Shown here piece after piece: positions 1 through 8,184 of a DNA stretch of 64,000 nt. The notes under the pieces were generated by a model, which saw only the letters and a program-made list of their open reading frames with translations, was not told the origin of the DNA and ran no database searches. Positions within the stretch are counted from its first letter, which is position 1; every line of letters begins with the position of its first letter. Source of the stretch: an uncultured Thermodesulfobacteriota bacterium (GTDB lineage: Bacteria; Desulfobacterota; Anaeroferrophillalia; Anaeroferrophillales; Tharpellaceae); contig CAYWGC010000001.1 of the NCBI GenBank assembly GCA_964457755.1, positions 128,332 to 192,331 on the forward strand, written 5' to 3'. The position numbers and the translations under genes were made by a program.

Positions 1-215
1 AGAGGGATATACTATCTCTTTTCATACTTGATTGTTTAGCTATATTAATATATCATTATATGTCAACACAATATGCCAGCACAAGAAACACAACCACTGA
101 CATTTTCAATTTCAACGATAGCAACCAAACAAGGCCTCCTCTCAACGAAGAAAAGAACAGTTTTCACTCAACCATCACATTTAACAGAAAATCATGAGTT
201 CATTTAAACAAATGA

Positions 216-910
216 TTGAACAGGGGTAACTATTCAGCCAACCCGCAAATTCTGGGTACGCAACCCGATTTCCTTCGGAGAATCGGGTTGTGTCCCCAGA
301 ATTTACTGAAATCAATCTATTATTTGGGGCTTTTCTTTTTTTCGCTGAATAGTTACGAACAGGGTTTTGAAAATTTTACGGCCCTGATTATCAGGTTTCG
401 GTGGCCCGTGGTCGGCCTTATGCTGCTTTTAGCTTTGAGCACCTTCAGCCAACTGCCTAAGCTTACCATCGACATGTCGGACGAAGGTTTTCTGCATCCC
501 CAGGACGAAATCCTGCTCTCCTACAATAAGTTTCGTGATCAGTTCGGCCGTAACGATCTGATTGTCCTGGTGATTGAAAGCGATCAGATCTTCAGTCAAC
601 CTTTTCTGAAAAAACAAAAAAATTGCATATGGCGCTGGCCGACAAGGTTCCTTATCTCAACGATATTACCTCCCTGGTTAATGCCCGCAACACCAGAGGG
701 GTTACGGACGGCATTATTGTTGAAGACCTTCTCGAGTACACCGCCATTCATTCGGCCGCACAGAGCTATTTGATTGCCTTTATTGTAATCACCCTGATGA
801 TGGTTTTTCTGGTCGGCAGTTTGCGTTTAGGGACTCTCTGCATGCTGCCCAACCTCTTAACGATCCTGGCCCAAAGCCGGGCCGGACGAACGGCAATCGC
901 GACTTGTTAA
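216..910 (+). pseudogene. Degraded MMPL/RND-family exporter remnant. N-terminal TM plus periplasmic-loop segment (216-773) and a later TM segment in another frame (623-910); roughly 90% of a normal 800-1000-aa MMPL protein is missing.
   Basis: Two short overlapping ORFs in different frames with MMPL-like hydrophobic and loop motifs (RFRWPVVGLMLLLALSTF..., IVITLMMVFLVGSLRLG...); no full-length reading frame. Confidence 0.45.
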
Positions 911-948
911 AAGATTGCATTAATTCCAATAAATGGAGACAACTCATC

Positions 949-1770
949 ATGACAGCAAAAAACCTACGCTATTTTTTTCTGACTCTGACCCTTTTTTTAG
1001 GACTGGTTGCTTTCTGTTTTACGGCAACTGCGGCTCAGGCCCAGACTGCCCGCGAAATCATGGAGCAGGTCGATGCCCGGAATGACGGCGATAACAACTC
1101 GCTTAATACTGAAATGACCCTGATCGACAAAAATTTCCACCAACGTAAAAGGCTGATCAAAGCCTTCATGAAGGATAAGGGAGAAGACACCTGGCGCATC
1201 CAGTTCTTTCTTGAACCGGCTGATGTCCAAGATACCGGCTTTCTCACCTACGACTACTACAGTGGAGAAAAAGATGACGACCAGTGGCTCTACCTGCCTG
1301 AGCTTCACAAGACCAAAAGAATAGCTTCATCTGATAAATCCTCGGCCTTTATGGGCTCTGATTTTTCTTATGCCGACATGACCCGCCGGGTGCTTGACGA
1401 ATGGCACTATAAAATTTTAAAAGAGACCAAGGTCGGCGAACACCCGGTCTGGCTGATTGAAGCGGTGCCGGCATCAAAGATCGTAGAAGAACGCTACGGC
1501 TACACCAAGTCGGTAATTTTCATCCGCCAGGATATCCTTTTCCCGATCCGTGCCATCCACTGGATCAAAGATGGCAACCGGCTCAAATACATGGAAGTCA
1601 AGAAACTGGAATTGATTGATAATATCTGGGTGGCAACCGAAACCCACATGAAAACCACGAAAAATAAAAAGACCCTGCATCGGACTATCTTGCGCTTAAG
1701 CGATGTCAAGTTCAACCAACCCATTAACGAAAATCTGTTTACCGTACGCCGCCTTGAAAAAGGGATGTAA
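949..1770 (+). CDS. Outer-membrane lipoprotein-sorting (LolA-like) family protein, secreted
   Basis: ORF 904-1770. Start placed at the internal Met preceding signal peptide MTAKNLRYFFLTLTLFLGLVAFCFTATAAQA. Motifs typical of the LolA-like proteins that accompany MMPL exporters (WLYLPELHKTKRIASSDKSSAFMGSDFSYADM). Confidence 0.55.
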   Translation: MTAKNLRYFFLTLTLFLGLVAFCFTATAAQAQTAREIMEQVDARNDGDNNSLNTEMTLIDKNFHQRKRLIKAFMKDKGEDTWRIQFFLEPADVQDTGFLTYDYYSGEKDDDQWLYLPELHKTKRIASSDKSSAFMGSDFSYADMTRRVLDEWHYKILKETKVGEHPVWLIEAVPASKIVEERYGYTKSVIFIRQDILFPIRAIHWIKDGNRLKYMEVKKLELIDNIWVATETHMKTTKNKKTLHRTILRLSDVKFNQPINENLFTVRRLEKGM

Positions 1771-2092
1771 TGATCCTGCAATACGGCAAACTTTTGCTTT
1801 TGAAAAGTATCTGCAACTGGCCCCGATTTACGGCAAAAAGGATGATTTTCAATCGGTTTTCCGCTTGACTCGTAACTTCCGACATGATACATTGCAAGTA
1901 ACTCTACTCTTCTCCGCCTTCGGACTAACCGGTACTGGCGGCTCCCTGCAACGTATGAGTGCTACTTACGACATTTCTGACGACTTCAAACTCACCGGCG
2001 GCATTATTAACTATCAAAGTGGCGACCGGGCCCTGTTTCGCAAAATCGGCGACAACGACCGCTTATTCGGCGAACTGCGCTACTCTTTTTAG
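1703..2092 (+). pseudogene. C-terminal fragment of an outer-membrane beta-barrel protein (ends ...GELRYSF), no signal peptide; probable remnant
   Basis: Terminal aromatic residue and alternating beta-strand pattern; overlaps the preceding gene in another frame; lacks an N-terminal export signal. Confidence 0.3.
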
Positions 2093-2476
2093 AACTTCTT
2101 CCCTCCAAAACAAAACTGTTCAAAAAAAATTAGACACAAGCTTTCAAACAAACCTTACAAAATAATATATTTAATACAAATTAAAATAAGTTTTAGATTG
2201 TCATATAAAATAGTTACATATTTCTCAATTAAGAAACGACCCTAAATCACAGGCACCAGTTCAAAATAAAACTTGCGTTGTCTTGTTTTCTTGCTATACT
2301 TGACTAATAAAGTTGTTTATAGAGAGTTTCCAACCCATTTGCGGAGCATGGAGGTACATCGACTATAACCGGAAAAGATCACCAAAGTACAACTTCGTGG
2401 CTTCTTGGAGCTCGCCAACATCATTGAGCTCTCGAGATATTTCAGGTTTAACAGCAAGCACACAGGGAGGAACGTC

Positions 2477-4495
2477 ATGAGAAGAAAAAACTTTTCTTTT
2501 ATTTTGGGAATGGTAGCGATTTCCTGGTTCCTTGCATATCCAGTCTTGGCCGAAGACTATTTGCCATTCGATCTGGATCTGATTGTTAACCAGTGGATTA
2601 GTTCAAGTCATGCCGATGCCGATTCAGAATCATTCACCCACTGGGATGACGACGGTGAAATCCCCACCAGTTGCGCCACCTGTCATAGCAGTCCCGGCTA
2701 TCTTGATTTCCTTGGGGCTGACGGAACCAAAGCCGGGCAAGTAGATAAACCCGCACCTTTGGGCACCGTTGTCGGCTGCATTACCTGTCACAACGAGGAA
2801 GCTGCCTGGCTCGATGAAGTCACCTTTCCTTCAGGCGTAACGATCAACGATCTGGGTGCCGAAGCCCGCTGCATGGTCTGCCACCAGGGCCGCGCATCAG
2901 GCTTGGATGTCGATGCGGCGATTGCCGAGGCCGAGGTTGCCGATGATGATGAGGTCAGTGGCTCTCTTGGTTTTATCAACATCCATTATTACGCTACCGG
3001 GGCGACCCTTTACGGCGCTCAAGCGCATGGCGGCTATCAATATGAAGGCAAGAGCTATGACCTCAAATTCGACCATGTGGATGGCTTTGATACCTGCATA
3101 GGATGTCATGACCAGCATTCTCTTGAGGTCAGAATTAATGGAAAAGTCAGGGGCAGCGAGTGTAAAGATTGTCATGCCAAAGTTTCAACTGTAGCCGACC
3201 TGAAAAATATCCGCATGAACGGTTCTATGGTCGACTATGACGGTGACGGCAGTATTAGCGAAGGGATTGCCGGTGAAATCAGCACCCTCCAGGAAAAGTT
3301 GTATGAAATCATCCAGACTTATACCGGCTCCGTAACCGAAAGCCCGATTATTTACGATTCCCATTCCTATCCCTACTGGTTTGTCGACAGCAATGCCAAT
3401 AGTGAAGTCGATGCCGGCGAGACCTCTTACGGCAATCGCTATGGCTCTTGGAGCGCCCGCCTGCTCAAGGCAACTTACAACTATCAGACATCTCTCAAAG
3501 ACCCGGGCGCCTATGCCCACAATGCCAAATACATAATCGAGCTGCTTTATGATTCAATTGCCGATATCAACTCGGCCCTGCCCGAAGCTGAGCAAATGGA
3601 TATCAGCGCTCTCAATCGGGTTGACGGACCCCATTTTGACGGTACCAAAGAGGCTTTCCGGCATTGGGATGACGACGGCGAAGTTTCGGCCAGTTGTGGC
3701 AAATGTCACGGCCAGTACGGACTCGCCGAATTTCTCAACTACGGCAACAACCGTACCACCGAACTGATGACCGACGGTATGGCCTGCATCAACTGCCATG
3801 GAATTGATGCTGAGGGCCGCACCTCCTACAGCGAGATCTGGGATACCGGCAGTGGAGTAGTTTTCCCTTCCGGGGCTGAAGTCTCATTAGACAACAACAG
3901 CCAGCTCTGCATGAACTGTCATAGCGGTCGAGCTTTCGGGGGCGACGTCGTCGCCGGGAAATTCAGCAATATCCACTACTATCCTTCCGCCGCAGTCTTC
4001 TTTGGAGCCGAGGTTCAGGGTGGTTATGAGTATGCCGGCAAAAGCTACGCTGGCCAGAACCTCTACCCCAGCCACCCCGCCGACCTGAGCACCTGCAGCG
4101 GTTGCCATATCCAGGTGGACAATCGGGTTAAGCATCAATTCAAACCTTCGCTTGACCTCTGTAACTGGTGCCATAGCGGCGATTCATTTGCAAAATTGAG
4201 CGGTCTACCCAAAGCTTATCACGCCACGCTCATGAGCCTCGGAGAACAGCTAAGCACCCAGATCCAGAGTTATGCTGCAGCCAACGGGATGACGGCAGTA
4301 CACCTGGATCACTATCCCTACTGGTCGGGTACCAGTACCTGGGATATGAATTTATCCGGAGCAGCTTATAACTATCAAGTCTACCTCAAGGAACCAGGGG
4401 CTTACATGCACAACGGTGCCTATGTCGGCCAACTCTTGTATGACGCCATTGAAGATCTTGGAGGTCAGCCTACGGTAAACCGTCCCGGCAACTAA
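2477..4495 (+). CDS. Secreted decaheme c-type cytochrome (10 CxxCH) built from a tandem duplicated pentaheme module; occupies the MtrC/OmcA position of an mtrCAB-like cluster
   Basis: ATG at 2477 preceded by AGGGAGG; signal peptide MRRKNFSFILGMVAISWFLAYPVLA. Ten CxxCH motifs: CATCH, CITCH, CMVCH, CIGCH, CKDCH, CGKCH, CINCH, CMNCH, CSGCH, CNWCH. Clear repeat between halves (THWDDDGEIPTSCATCH vs FRHWDDDGEVSASCGKCH; YNYQTSLKDPGAYAHN vs YNYQVYLKEPGAYMHN). Confidence 0.85.
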   Translation: MRRKNFSFILGMVAISWFLAYPVLAEDYLPFDLDLIVNQWISSSHADADSESFTHWDDDGEIPTSCATCHSSPGYLDFLGADGTKAGQVDKPAPLGTVVGCITCHNEEAAWLDEVTFPSGVTINDLGAEARCMVCHQGRASGLDVDAAIAEAEVADDDEVSGSLGFINIHYYATGATLYGAQAHGGYQYEGKSYDLKFDHVDGFDTCIGCHDQHSLEVRINGKVRGSECKDCHAKVSTVADLKNIRMNGSMVDYDGDGSISEGIAGEISTLQEKLYEIIQTYTGSVTESPIIYDSHSYPYWFVDSNANSEVDAGETSYGNRYGSWSARLLKATYNYQTSLKDPGAYAHNAKYIIELLYDSIADINSALPEAEQMDISALNRVDGPHFDGTKEAFRHWDDDGEVSASCGKCHGQYGLAEFLNYGNNRTTELMTDGMACINCHGIDAEGRTSYSEIWDTGSGVVFPSGAEVSLDNNSQLCMNCHSGRAFGGDVVAGKFSNIHYYPSAAVFFGAEVQGGYEYAGKSYAGQNLYPSHPADLSTCSGCHIQVDNRVKHQFKPSLDLCNWCHSGDSFAKLSGLPKAYHATLMSLGEQLSTQIQSYAAANGMTAVHLDHYPYWSGTSTWDMNLSGAAYNYQVYLKEPGAYMHNGAYVGQLLYDAIEDLGGQPTVNRPGN

Positions 4496-4500
4496 GAGTG

Positions 4501-4550
4501 AAAAGAATAAAAGGGCTGTCCCCCCTACCGGGATGGCCCTTTTATTCTTC
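4501..4550 (+). terminator. Rho-independent terminator downstream of the decaheme cytochrome gene
   Basis: Stem AAGAATAAAAGGGC / GCCCTTTTATTCTT around a C-rich loop, followed by a T-rich tract. Confidence 0.6.
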
Positions 4551-4706
4551 ACCACCAATTTTAAAGAAAAATAAAGCTGGACCTAAACAGCTCTAATCGC
4601 TACACAGGAAACAACGTTATTCTGCTGGCGGAAAACTCCATCGACAGAATAACTGATTACAGATTCGAACAACAGATAAATCACAGCGCTGGAAAAGGAG
4701 GAGGGT

Positions 4707-5594
4707 ATGCCCAAAGAGGGAAAAAACAGACTCTTGTTGTCACTGAGTATTTTGCTGGTTCTTTCGGCTGGCTTGTTCACAGCCGTACCCGCCTGGACCG
4801 AGACCAATCTCTGCGCGGAATGCCATGAGGAGGTCAGTGCTGCTTTCACAAAGACCGTCCATGGTCGAGTTGGAATCAGCCATGATTTCGACTGCCAATC
4901 CTGCCATGGCAGCGCCGCAACTCACTTGAACGAGCCCTCCCGTAAAAATATTGTCTCTTTTGCTAAAGAGGCAGGACCGAGTGTTATCGAACAAAACCGG
5001 CGATGTCTGGAATGCCACGATAATACACCCCAAGTCGCCCTCTGGGAGATGGGAAGCCACAGCCGCAACGATGTTGCCTGTGTCAGCTGCCATTCGATTC
5101 ACAACCAGCGTTCCCAGGTTGATCAGCCAGCGGTTTGCTATACCTGCCACCGTTCGCTCCGCCTGACCGCGAACAAGATCTCGCATCACCCCATCACTGA
5201 AGGCAAAATTAAATGCAGCGACTGTCACAACAGCCATGGCACCCTTTTACCTAAGATGTTAGTGGAAGACAACATTAACCAACTCTGCTACCGCTGTCAC
5301 GCTGAAAAACGGGGGCCGTTTGTCTGGGAGCACCCACCGGTTGCAGAAAACTGCGCCACCTGTCATGAACCCCACGGCAGCCGCCATGAAAACTTGTTAA
5401 AAGAGAAGGTCGCCAACCTCTGCCAAGACTGCCATAATGCCGATCTCCATTCCAGCCGGGCTTACGATGCCAAAGCGGGTTTTTCCAGTGCTGGCCGAGC
5501 CCGCAGCATCGGCTTTGCCGGACGCTCCTGTTTGAACTGCCACGGCAACATTCACGGCAGCACCCAATTTGACCAACGCAGCTTCACAAGATAA
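4707..5594 (+). CDS. mtrA-like: Periplasmic decaheme c-type cytochrome, MtrA/DmsE/PioA family
   Basis: 295 aa. Signal peptide. Ten CxxCH motifs (CAECH, CQSCH, CLECH, CVSCH, CYTCH, CSDCH, CYRCH, CATCH, CQDCH, CLNCH) with the dense spacing typical of MtrA. RBS GGAGGAGGG upstream. Immediately followed (12 nt) by a large porin gene. Confidence 0.85.
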   Translation: MPKEGKNRLLLSLSILLVLSAGLFTAVPAWTETNLCAECHEEVSAAFTKTVHGRVGISHDFDCQSCHGSAATHLNEPSRKNIVSFAKEAGPSVIEQNRRCLECHDNTPQVALWEMGSHSRNDVACVSCHSIHNQRSQVDQPAVCYTCHRSLRLTANKISHHPITEGKIKCSDCHNSHGTLLPKMLVEDNINQLCYRCHAEKRGPFVWEHPPVAENCATCHEPHGSRHENLLKEKVANLCQDCHNADLHSSRAYDAKAGFSSAGRARSIGFAGRSCLNCHGNIHGSTQFDQRSFTR

Positions 5595-5605
5595 GGGAGG
5601 CAGAG

Positions 5606-7618
5606 ATGAAAAAAGCAGTTTATGCTCTGATTATTTTAGTTATGCTCGCCTCACAGACGTTTGCCGCAGCAGATGCAAAAGTCGAGGTTCAGGGATCAAT
5701 TGAGGCAGGTTACCGGATGGTTGATGATCAGAACGGCAACAATGCCCGTTTTCTCGAATACCGTGACCTTGATGATGATCCCTTCGGCGGTTTTGACCTG
5801 AGTCTGCAAAGGGGAACCTATTATTTGAACTTGCAGGGCAATAATATTGCCCAAGATGACCAGTCGTACCTGGTCGAAGGTACGGATTACCGGAACTTCG
5901 CCTTTACTCTTTTCTATGATGAAACACCCCATAATCTCAGCTTCGATGCCAGAGCTCCATATACGGGAATCGGCCACCAAGACCTTCAGCTGGCCCCGTC
6001 AACTAGCGACATGACCACTTTTGATTACAGCGTCGAGCGTGAAGAGTTTGGCGGCTATGCAACCCTCTCCTTAGGCACCCCTTTTTACCTTACCATGGGC
6101 GTTTTACGCCGCCAACAAGACGGCATTAAACCTCTGGGCAGTGGCGATTACTGGCGTAACCTGGAGTTGCCGGAACCGGTGGATTACACCACCGACGAGA
6201 TTACTTTTAAGGGGGGATACCACGGCCAAAACCTGCAGGCCTCTCTCAAGGGATACTGGAGTAAATTTGACAACGACAATGAGTCCATGACCCGGCCTTA
6301 CACAGGCGACATATTAACGTTACCTCCCGACAATGATTACGGTAAAATTGCTGCTCAGATGAGCTGGCGAAACCTGCCCTTACAATCCTTGCTGGCAATC
6401 CAGCTCAGCTATGCCAAACTGGAAAGCGACATCTCCCTTAAAGATATGGGCCTGACAAATACGGGCGGACTCTACAAAACTACCTTTGATGGTGATATAA
6501 CCTACACCAGAGGTGCCATCGCTCTTACCTCTCGGCCCACCTCTAAACTGGACACCCGAGTCTACTTCAACTATCTGGACAAGGATAATAACTCGGACAA
6601 GATCTCCGCCAGCCAAGAAAGCCAGATTTCTGACTACAATGAATACAAAACCGGCATCGACATGGGCTACAATCTGGCCCGGCATACCAAACTTTCCGCC
6701 GGCTATGAATATCGGGATATTGACCGTCACAACCGGCCTGATGCTGAAACAACCACCGACCAGTGTGTCTTTTTTGAGGTTAAAAACAGCAATCTCGATT
6801 TCCTGACTGCCAGACTGCACTACAAGAGATTGGAACGTGACTCGGACTTCGGTAACAAAAACCGTGGCACTGACCCGGTTACCAACAATGGGGAATGGAT
6901 AAAACGCTATATTCGGCCCTATGATGCCACCGATAAAAGTATGGATGAGATAAAACTGATTCTGGAACTTTATCCTCTACCACAACTGGACTTCGGCTTT
7001 GAATATAGTTATAAAATGAATGATTATGATGAGACCGATCTCGGCCTTACCAAAGACAAACGCCACACTCTAAATACTGATTTCGTTTGGCGGGCGACCG
7101 ACAAGGTTACCCTCAGCGGCTTTGTCGGTTACGAAAAGACGGAGGCTGACAGCGATCATCGGCAATTCGCAGCCGGTGAGTCAGCCGACATCTATGACAA
7201 CACTGACAGTGCCTTCAACTGGAATCAGGACAGAGACGATGATTATTGGGCCTGTGGTTTAGCCTTGGATTTTCCCAATATAGTGAAAAAACTGGATCTT
7301 CATTGCGCATGGCAATATCAGGATTCAGACGGCGAAGTCAGTTTCAGCTCCCCAGACGGACTGCTTGAAGATATCAATCAGTCCGACGATTATGACCTAC
7401 AGAAACTCGAGGTCCAGCTCACCTACGCCCTGCGAGACAACACCGATATAACCTTGGGCTACCTCTATGAGAAATATGACTATGACGACCTGCAGTTTGC
7501 AGATTATGAAGCTTACACACCGACCGGTACGATACCTGGCAGCTATCTTACCGGAGCCTATTATGAGCAAAGCTATAAGGCCAATGTCGGCTATCTCATG
7601 GTTTCTTATAATTTTTGA
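5606..7618 (+). CDS. mtrB-like: MtrB/PioB-family outer-membrane beta-barrel (porin partner of the decaheme cytochrome)
   Basis: 670 aa. Signal peptide MKKAVYALIILVMLASQTFAAADA. Alternating amphipathic beta-strands with short Asp/Asn-rich turns. C-terminal ...VGYLMVSYNF. Size and position 3' of the mtrA-like gene match MtrB/PioB. Confidence 0.75.
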   Translation: MKKAVYALIILVMLASQTFAAADAKVEVQGSIEAGYRMVDDQNGNNARFLEYRDLDDDPFGGFDLSLQRGTYYLNLQGNNIAQDDQSYLVEGTDYRNFAFTLFYDETPHNLSFDARAPYTGIGHQDLQLAPSTSDMTTFDYSVEREEFGGYATLSLGTPFYLTMGVLRRQQDGIKPLGSGDYWRNLELPEPVDYTTDEITFKGGYHGQNLQASLKGYWSKFDNDNESMTRPYTGDILTLPPDNDYGKIAAQMSWRNLPLQSLLAIQLSYAKLESDISLKDMGLTNTGGLYKTTFDGDITYTRGAIALTSRPTSKLDTRVYFNYLDKDNNSDKISASQESQISDYNEYKTGIDMGYNLARHTKLSAGYEYRDIDRHNRPDAETTTDQCVFFEVKNSNLDFLTARLHYKRLERDSDFGNKNRGTDPVTNNGEWIKRYIRPYDATDKSMDEIKLILELYPLPQLDFGFEYSYKMNDYDETDLGLTKDKRHTLNTDFVWRATDKVTLSGFVGYEKTEADSDHRQFAAGESADIYDNTDSAFNWNQDRDDDYWACGLALDFPNIVKKLDLHCAWQYQDSDGEVSFSSPDGLLEDINQSDDYDLQKLEVQLTYALRDNTDITLGYLYEKYDYDDLQFADYEAYTPTGTIPGSYLTGAYYEQSYKANVGYLMVSYNF

Positions 7619-7672
7619 TGGTTCATAATAACTTCAGCTTCCGTTTTCAGACAACCATAACAGAAACAAAAA

Positions 7673-7706
7673 AGGCCGTTTTCAATGAAGAAAACGGCCT
7701 TTTTGA
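7673..7706 (+). terminator. Rho-independent terminator after the mtrB-like gene
   Basis: GGCCGTTTT...AAAACGGCC hairpin followed by TTTTTG. Confidence 0.6.
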
Positions 7707-7916
7707 TATCTGGCTCAACCGTCTGGACAACTGCAATAACCTTCCAGATTCATTCCAAGATAAATCTAAGCCCTTGAAAACAGAGCCTTCTTTGAAGATC
7801 AAAAAGAAGAGCCCTCTGGGAGCAGCCGAAAAATCAAAAATTTAGCAAAAACCCTTGTCAAATCTTTTTTTTGTTCTTTTTAATTTTTTTACGCTGAATA
7901 GTTACCTATTTTGTAA

Positions 7917-8090
7917 CTATTTTCTGGTTACCGGATTAATGCTGCCAGCACAATGGGCCCCTTTATCTAGTTCATCATCGTAGATCTGAATATTGGTCTT
8001 ACCGCATTTGGGACAGACTTTCAGATCTTTTTGATCCGGGGTTAAATGTTTTTCGTAGTCACAATCCATACATAAGAGTCTTAAGGCCAT
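7917..8090 (-). CDS. Small zinc-ribbon protein, FmdB-like (57 aa); not in the ORF track because it is under 60 aa
   Basis: Hand translation of the minus strand: MALRLLCMDCDYEKHLTPDQKDLKVCPKCGKTNIQIYDDELDKGAHCAGSINPVTRK. CxxC...CPxCG zinc ribbon. AGGAGA RBS 6 nt upstream of the ATG. Confidence 0.6.
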   Translation of the reverse strand: MALRLLCMDCDYEKHLTPDQKDLKVCPKCGKTNIQIYDDELDKGAHCAGSINPVTRK

Positions 8091-8184
8091 GATTCATTCT
8101 CCTTTTAAATCTAAAGATTATGCTTAAATAAGTTTTGCAGAAGGAGCTCCGCTAATTGCAAGTTGCCCACCGCAAAACCAACCC

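Noticed and set aside
7615-7845. 76-aa ORF downstream of the mtrB-like gene
   Set aside because: Overlaps the rho-independent terminator; no RBS; low-complexity Lys-rich product. Likely non-coding.
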